From assembly GCA_964453815.1 (NCBI GenBank), contig CAYVSQ010000372.1:1-54582 (forward strand): a stretch of DNA of 54,582 nucleotides. Reading direction: 5' to 3'. Shown piece by piece: positions 48,844 to 54,582 of this stretch; position 1 is the stretch's first letter, and every line of letters starts with the position of its first letter. Below the pieces are notes generated by a model that saw only the letters and a list, made by a program, of their open reading frames with translations, made no database searches and was not told the DNA's origin. The position numbers and the translations under genes are program-made. The stretch comes from an uncultured Acidobacteriaceae bacterium (lineage in GTDB: Bacteria > Acidobacteriota > Terriglobia > Terriglobales > Acidobacteriaceae).

Positions 48844-49062
48844 TGCATCCGGGGAGAAGGCGAAGACAGTGTACTCCGCGGCTCTGAAACGCCCCTACCG
48901 AAATTTGGCCTCTTCCTGGCTATGAAAAGTCATAGAAGTCGAAAGCTATCTTGCTCAGGCGTAGCTGCCTAGTAAAAACCCTACGTCGTTAAACCTGGTG
49001 GCCTTTTCCGCCCCCTCTTACGTCTATTCATATTAGGATCGTTCTATATCGGGATAGTTCCT

Positions 49063-49974
49063 TTGTCTGCCATCCTCCAGAACCGTGTCACAGCAAGACC
49101 CGCACTCCTCGGAGCTGCCTTCCTCATTCTCGTGCTCTCAGCCCAAGCCCAGGTTTCCTATACCTCCATGCCGCTTGATCAAGGCTTCGGTGCGCTCGAC
49201 ACTTCCGCGCCACCGATCCCCGCGCAGCAGATCATCGATCAGTTCACCGCCAAAGAGAGTGTCTTTCGCCGGGCGATGGCCAACTACACCTACGAGCGCA
49301 GCGTGAAGGTTGAAACTATCGACGACGACAACAAGGTCGATGGGCAATACTTTCAGGTAACGGACATCTCCTTCGACCCCAACGGCAAGCGGTTCGAACA
49401 CGTAGTCCTGGCGCCGGCCAGCAGCCTTGAGCGTGTTCAGATGAGTCCTGCCGACTTTCAGGATATCGAGCAGCGCCTGCCCTTCGTCCTCACGAAGGAG
49501 GATGTGGGTCAGTACGATCTAACCTACCTCGGCAAGCAAAAGGTCGACGAACTCGATACCTACGTTTTCGATGTAAAACCGAGGGTCATTGAGAAGAACA
49601 AGCGCTACTTCCAGGGCCGTATTTGGGTCGAACAGCACGACCTTCAGATTGTCGTCACTAACGGGAAGAACGTTCCCGACGACACGCGGAAGGGGCACGA
49701 GGATCTGTCGCCTCCCTTTACGACCTATCGCGAGCAGATCGATGGCAAGTACTGGTTTCCGGTCTACACGCGTGGCGAGGGTGTCCTGCACTTCTCGGCG
49801 GGCAGCGGCTACTTGAGTCAGGACGTCCACATGCGCGAGACGCTGAAGTACACGGACTACAAGCAATACCATGCCAATGTTCGGGTACTCTTCGAAGGCC
49901 AGGACATCAGCCAGGGTGGTAATCAGGGCAGCACTCCGAGCCAGCAGCCACCTGCGCCTGCGAAGCCGCAGTAG
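49063..49974 (+). CDS. Exported hypothetical protein (possible LolA/RseB-like fold)
   Basis: Signal peptide ending AQA; beta-rich; FQGRIWV; YWFPVY; Gln/Pro tail. Confidence 0.7.
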   Translation: MSAILQNRVTARPALLGAAFLILVLSAQAQVSYTSMPLDQGFGALDTSAPPIPAQQIIDQFTAKESVFRRAMANYTYERSVKVETIDDDNKVDGQYFQVTDISFDPNGKRFEHVVLAPASSLERVQMSPADFQDIEQRLPFVLTKEDVGQYDLTYLGKQKVDELDTYVFDVKPRVIEKNKRYFQGRIWVEQHDLQIVVTNGKNVPDDTRKGHEDLSPPFTTYREQIDGKYWFPVYTRGEGVLHFSAGSGYLSQDVHMRETLKYTDYKQYHANVRVLFEGQDISQGGNQGSTPSQQPPAPAKPQ

Positions 49975-50098
49975 CGGGTTTTACTGTTCGATGGGCTGCA
50001 AAATATCAGGGTTTGCGGAGTATTTACCGGCTGTTAGTCCTGTGCTGTTTTTCTGACGTCGACTTCCATCTAAGGTATTGCCTCGCGAGAGGAATCCG

Positions 50099-51658
50099 AT
50101 GGGAGATGATGTAAATGTGAGAATACCTCTTCTACGGCCGAGGCCAATCCACTTTTCACTCGCGTGCGCACTGGCGCTCCTCACGTCCATTGCCGGGGCT
50201 CAAGTCATGGGTAGCGACCGGGGCCAGAACCAAGATTACGACCAGCCCAATCGTCCGCAAGTACATTTCTCGCCGCGCGCGAATTGGACGAACGATCCCA
50301 ACGGCCTCGTCTACTTTCACGGGAAATACCACCTCTTCTTTCAGTTCAATCCCTTCGGCGATCAATGGGGTCACATGAGCTGGGGACACGCCGTCAGTAC
50401 AGATCTGCTGCATTGGAATCAGCTTCCAGTCGCAATCCCGGAGAAGGACGGCGAAATGGTGTTCACTGGCAGCGTCGTCGTCGACCGCGAGAACACTAGC
50501 GGCCTGTGCGGCTCTCAGAAGGAGTGCCTGGTCGCGATTTACACCGGTCATCGTAGCAACCCGCAGGAGACACGGCAAACACAGAATCTCGCCTACAGCC
50601 GGGATGACGGACAAACCTGGACGCGATATGAAGGAAACCCTGTACTCGATCTTCATATGGCTGACTTTCGCGACCCGAGCGTGTCCTGGGATGAGAAGGG
50701 AGATCATTGGTTGATGGCAGTCTCATTGCCGAAGGAGCACAAGGTTCATTTCTATGCCTCGCCGAACTTGAAGGTGTGGACGCAACTGAGCGATTTCGGG
50801 CCCGTCAGCGACATAGATGGAGACTGGGAATGCCCCGATCTCCTGCGCATCCCCGGCGACAACAGCAAGGGTGAAATGTGGGCTCTGAAGGTCGGCCTCA
50901 ACCCTGGCGCCCCACAAGGCGGCTCCGGCGAGCAGTATTTTCTCGGTGACTTCGACGGGAAGCAGTTTACGGTCGCCAGCGAGCTCGGTTCGCACGGATG
51001 GACGAACTACGGCAAGGATGACTATTGTGCCATCAGCTTCAACGGGCTACCAAAAGGCGAGAAGCCGATTCTGATCGGCTGGATGAGCAACTGGCAATAC
51101 GCGTCGAAGTTGCCGACCTCTCCATGGCGCGGGCAGATGAGCATTCCCAGGCGGCTCTCGCTGCAGAAGGACGATGGAGGATTGGCAATAAAGCAGGAGC
51201 CCGTTATTGCACCTCTTCGGACAGATCATTCAGCCATCTCGACGGCGAAAACCGGCAGCGTGCCGCTGCAGGTCCCGTTTGAAATGGATTTGCGATTTGA
51301 CCGTCCTCCCGAATCGGTCTTTGGCGTGCGCCTCTATAGCGACGAACAGCACTGGACGGAGATCGGGTTTGATCAGACAAAGAAGGAGTTCTACATCGAT
51401 CGCACGAAATCGGGTACGGCCATTACACCTGATTTCCTGACGAGGACGACAGCTCCGTTGATTGCAAGCCGCCCTTACGATCTCAAACTGATCGTCGATC
51501 GCTCATCGATCGAGGCGTTTGCCCAGAACGGCACGATTGCAATGACGGACCTTATCTTCTCCACTTCGCAGGTAAGCAAGGCTGTATTTTTCCCGGCAAA
51601 CGAGAAGGCAGTCCCCGTGAAGGGCGACCTTTGGAAGCTGCAGACGGTTTGGAGATAA
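50099..51658 (+). CDS. GH32 beta-fructosidase/levanase
   Basis: WTNDPNG, WGHAVS, FRDP and WECPD catalytic motifs; C-terminal DRSSIEAF. ATG 50099 follows GAGAGGA. Confidence 0.95.
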   Translation: MGDDVNVRIPLLRPRPIHFSLACALALLTSIAGAQVMGSDRGQNQDYDQPNRPQVHFSPRANWTNDPNGLVYFHGKYHLFFQFNPFGDQWGHMSWGHAVSTDLLHWNQLPVAIPEKDGEMVFTGSVVVDRENTSGLCGSQKECLVAIYTGHRSNPQETRQTQNLAYSRDDGQTWTRYEGNPVLDLHMADFRDPSVSWDEKGDHWLMAVSLPKEHKVHFYASPNLKVWTQLSDFGPVSDIDGDWECPDLLRIPGDNSKGEMWALKVGLNPGAPQGGSGEQYFLGDFDGKQFTVASELGSHGWTNYGKDDYCAISFNGLPKGEKPILIGWMSNWQYASKLPTSPWRGQMSIPRRLSLQKDDGGLAIKQEPVIAPLRTDHSAISTAKTGSVPLQVPFEMDLRFDRPPESVFGVRLYSDEQHWTEIGFDQTKKEFYIDRTKSGTAITPDFLTRTTAPLIASRPYDLKLIVDRSSIEAFAQNGTIAMTDLIFSTSQVSKAVFFPANEKAVPVKGDLWKLQTVWR

Positions 51659-51791
51659 AAGCAAGACCCGTTCTCGGTACTGCGCTCCCATTATCTTCAT
51701 TGGTCCAGCCCAGCGCGCCTCTCTATTCATAACATCGTGATTTTCAGTTATCGTGTGGTCATAGGCTCGTGGAGCAGAAGTCCCGAAAGAG

Positions 51792-52865
51792 ATGACGGTG
51801 ACAAGACAATGCTTTTATGCCGCGACACTCGTATTCGCCATCGCGGCCAGCGGTCGAATTGCGGCCGGGCAAGCTGCGCCATCCACGACGGGAGAAGCAG
51901 CGCCTCAGGCGCAGTCCTCGCCATCGCCATCCACCTCGCCTGCTCTGAAGAGCCTGTCGGCTGGGAATCTCGATCCATCGCCGAGCCTGTCTACTCCTCA
52001 ACCGCTGTTGGACTTCAAGGAATCCGACATCAAGTTCAATCTACAGAGCCTGATGGAGGTGCTGCGCGACCGCAGGCATGAAGGCTGGGTGCTCGCAGCC
52101 TACCCTGACCCGGTAACCAGCCGGCCGCTGATCGGCGCGGGATTCAGTCTCGATGTGACGGCGACCGACCATCCCCAGAACGACCCGCTTAATTCTCATC
52201 CTTTCATCGAGCCATCCTCGGCTCAGCTTTGGCAGGCAGCAGGATTCGACGCAGAACGATTGCAGAGTATACTCGACCAGTTCGACCGAAATCTGAACGC
52301 ATGGGGGAAGATCCTCTATCGCAGAAAGATCAGAAAGAACACTCTGACACCGCAGCTGACTGAAGAAGAGGCCAACAGGCTACTGCGCATCTCTGCGATC
52401 CAGGCGATTGAGAACGCAAAGGCCTATTGTCGCGATTTCGACCAGCTGACCGGGCCGCAACAGATGGCGTTGAGCCAGCTCGTATTTCAGATGGGTGTGA
52501 ATCTCGAGGAGTTCGTTCAGTTTCTTGGCGCCATGAACGGCGACGCCAGTGATAGCGCCTCGTCGCAACCCAGCGGCGGTGTCCCAACGGAAGCGGAGCA
52601 CTGGAAAACAGTGCAACACACGCTCATCGACAGTCAGTGGGCCAGACGCTACACCGATCGCGCTACAGCGGTAATCGCCATGTTCGATCCCAATTATGCC
52701 CGGGATCCTATTGGAGCGGAGCGGAGCGTGGAGCTTATCCTCCGTCCCCCTGTGAAGCATCATCATAAAAAGCCGCCGGCAGCGTCTCTGCGGGCGGCGA
52801 ACGACAGCCATCCCGGTAAAATACCCGGCAAAAAACGGTCGGCTACCAATACAAATCGAAGCTGA
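51792..52865 (+). CDS. Secreted protein with a divergent T4-lysozyme-like (GH24) muramidase domain
   Basis: Signal peptide; Ser/Pro linker; RHEGWVLAAYPD...LIGAG; QQMALSQLVFQMG; DSQWARRYTDRA; basic tail. Confidence 0.65.
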   Translation: MTVTRQCFYAATLVFAIAASGRIAAGQAAPSTTGEAAPQAQSSPSPSTSPALKSLSAGNLDPSPSLSTPQPLLDFKESDIKFNLQSLMEVLRDRRHEGWVLAAYPDPVTSRPLIGAGFSLDVTATDHPQNDPLNSHPFIEPSSAQLWQAAGFDAERLQSILDQFDRNLNAWGKILYRRKIRKNTLTPQLTEEEANRLLRISAIQAIENAKAYCRDFDQLTGPQQMALSQLVFQMGVNLEEFVQFLGAMNGDASDSASSQPSGGVPTEAEHWKTVQHTLIDSQWARRYTDRATAVIAMFDPNYARDPIGAERSVELILRPPVKHHHKKPPAASLRAANDSHPGKIPGKKRSATNTNRS

Positions 52866-52947
52866 CCGGTACTGGCGTCGAGTTTTCCTGTGTCTCGATT
52901 TGCGCGGAATCATCCAACTTTCAAGACATCGATTCAAATAGGGAGAG

Positions 52948-53425
52948 TTGGAGCAACGGTTGAACTACGCCAAAGCTGCTCTGGACGCATACAAGGCAAT
53001 GCTCGGTTTGGAACAGTATCTCCAGCAGTGCGGACTCGAACAATCGCTATTACACCTTGTCAAACTGCGCGCCTCGCAGATCAACGGCTGCGCCTTCTGT
53101 CTGGATATGCACTGGAAGGACCTGCGCGCCATCGGAGAGGCAGACCAGCGGCTCTATTCGCTGGACGCTTGGAGGGACTGCCCATCTACTTCGAGCGCGA
53201 ACGCGCGGCCTTGACATGGACAGAGGCCGTGACTCTGATTACCAATGGCCACGTGCCCGACGGGGTATATGAACAGTCCGTCCGCACTTCAGCGAAAAGG
53301 AATTGTCTGACCTCACCTTCACGGTGGCCACCATCAATTCGTGAAATCGTCTGTCGATTGCCGGACGCACCACACGGGGAACGTATCGGATGACGCAAAC
53401 ACACAAAGCACGAAAGACTGGTTGA
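52948..53425 (+). pseudogene. AhpD/carboxymuconolactone-decarboxylase family pseudogene
   Basis: LVKLRASQINGCAFCLDMH; frameshift near 53185; ERERAALTWTEAVT; second frameshift near 53277; HFSEKELSDLTFTVATINS*NRL with TGA at 53342 in place of Trp. Confidence 0.88.
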
Positions 53426-53581
53426 CCGGGGCGTAATCGTGACCATTCCCGGGCGGATAAGTCCGGATTCGGACACACGCCACACAGGCTTATGAGCCTT
53501 GCTCCTTTGTTTTCAGCTACATTTGCACGGGGCTCCTTGGCCACTCGCATGCGTAGATAGTCTATGGGAGAGTCACCGTCC

Positions 53582-54582
53582 ATGATCTTCTACAATCTGC
53601 GTCACGCCTTCCGGCAGCTTGTCCGCTTGCCCGGCTTCAGCATTACGGCGATCATTACTCTCGCGCTCGGTATTGGAGCTAACACCGCCATTTTCAGCGT
53701 GGTGAATGCCGTTCTGCGCCATCCGGCAGGAGTTGATCACCCGGAGCGCGTCGCCGTCATGAATGTGCTCTACAAAAAGTTGGCGCTCGACGTCCCCTTC
53801 ATCTCCGTTCCCGACTACGCTGATACGGCCTCTCTCAAGAATGTCGTCGAGGCGGCGGCTATGGAGAAAGGCATGAGTTTCAACAGTGTTCGCGATGGAA
53901 AGGTCGAGCATGTATCCGGTGCGGGGGTCGGCTCACGGTGGTTCCAGGTCTTCGGCGCGCGTCCCATCCTCGGCCGTACATTCACCGCCGAGGAAGACCA
54001 GCCCAATGCCGGCCCGGTGGTGGTGATCAGCTACGGGCTGTGGCAAACGGTCTTCGGAGGACGCCGGGATGTAGTCGGGCAGACCCTTATGCTGGACCAG
54101 AAACCGCACCAGGTAATTGGCGTGATGCGCAGCGATTTTGACTGGCCGCGGCGCAACCAGGTATGGGTGCCCATTGCGCTCGACCCCAAGGCCTTTGCGG
54201 CCGACCAACGCTACAACGAGAGCTACCAGACATTTATCCGCTTGCGTTCCGACGCAACTATCGGGCAGGTGAACGCCAGAATTATAGGAAAAGTGCGCGA
54301 GCGGATTCTCACGGAAGGCAGCCAATCTTTCGGACGCAGTTCCGACTGGTCCTTCTACGCTTCGCAACTGACGCAATTCGCCGCCGGTCCGCTACGTAAG
54401 CCGCTCTACGTCCTCTTCGGAGTCGTTGCGCTTGTGCTGCTCATCGCCTCGGCTAACGTCGCCGGGCTCTTTCTCGCGCGTACCGCTGCTCGTACCCGCG
54501 AATTCGCGATTCGCACTGCACTCGGCGCGACCGCCTCAGCCATTGTCGGCCAACTGCTCACCGAGACCATGCTGCTTGCCGG
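53582..54582 (+). CDS. MacB/FtsX-type ABC permease (acidobacterial ADOP-like); runs off the window
   Basis: Manual translation: [45 protein letters not shown]..., in frame with [16 protein letters not shown]...[11 protein letters not shown]; GGAGAG RBS. Confidence 0.92.
   Translation, partial: MIFYNLRHAFRQLVRLPGFSITAIITLALGIGANTAIFSVVNAVLRHPAGVDHPERVAVMNVLYKKLALDVPFISVPDYADTASLKNVVEAAAMEKGMSFNSVRDGKVEHVSGAGVGSRWFQVFGARPILGRTFTAEEDQPNAGPVVVISYGLWQTVFGGRRDVVGQTLMLDQKPHQVIGVMRSDFDWPRRNQVWVPIALDPKAFAADQRYNESYQTFIRLRSDATIGQVNARIIGKVRERILTEGSQSFGRSSDWSFYASQLTQFAAGPLRKPLYVLFGVVALVLLIASANVAGLFLARTAARTREFAIRTALGATASAIVGQLLTETMLLA

Noticed and set aside
1-54582. tRNA, rRNA, tmRNA, CRISPR array, intact IS or prophage
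   Set aside because: None was recognised by eye in the intergenic gaps; tRNAscan-SE, Infernal and a CRISPR finder would be needed to exclude them formally.

Overview
GC-rich bacterial chromosome window, most likely Acidobacteriota (Terriglobia-like); this is inferred from the ADOP-type permease, several FG-GAP/ASPIC proteins and the atypical NarL regulator. The left part (about 2.3-24.6 kb) is accessory. It holds (i) an 8-gene plus-strand cluster at 4174-15517 that couples an enediyne-cassette-like UnbV/UnbU pair and two more ASPIC/FG-GAP lipoproteins to a His-rich membrane protein, a YtkA/FixH-like protein, a membrane polyferredoxin and a predicted His1 exported protein, with a divergent AlgE-like porin; (ii) a tightly coupled operon of a glutaminase-dead AsnB-like ligase, an Elp3/RaSEA-like radical SAM enzyme and a flavin-dependent halogenase at 16870-20774; (iii) a stand-alone recombinase DNA-binding domain, a GH5/LacI pair and a scrambled motB remnant with an internal inversion. 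The right part is mostly core or envelope genes (REC-TrxB plus cNMP kinase, pruA, GH18-deacetylase-GT2 fusion, GT39, LolA-like, serS, amidase, alaS, recX, S9 peptidase, sensor kinase). These are followed by a GH32 enzyme, an orphan secreted T4-lysozyme-like protein, an AhpD/CMD pseudogene and a permease cut by the window edge. No tRNA, rRNA, CRISPR array or intact transposase was recognised. All family calls come from motif recognition by eye, not from database searches.
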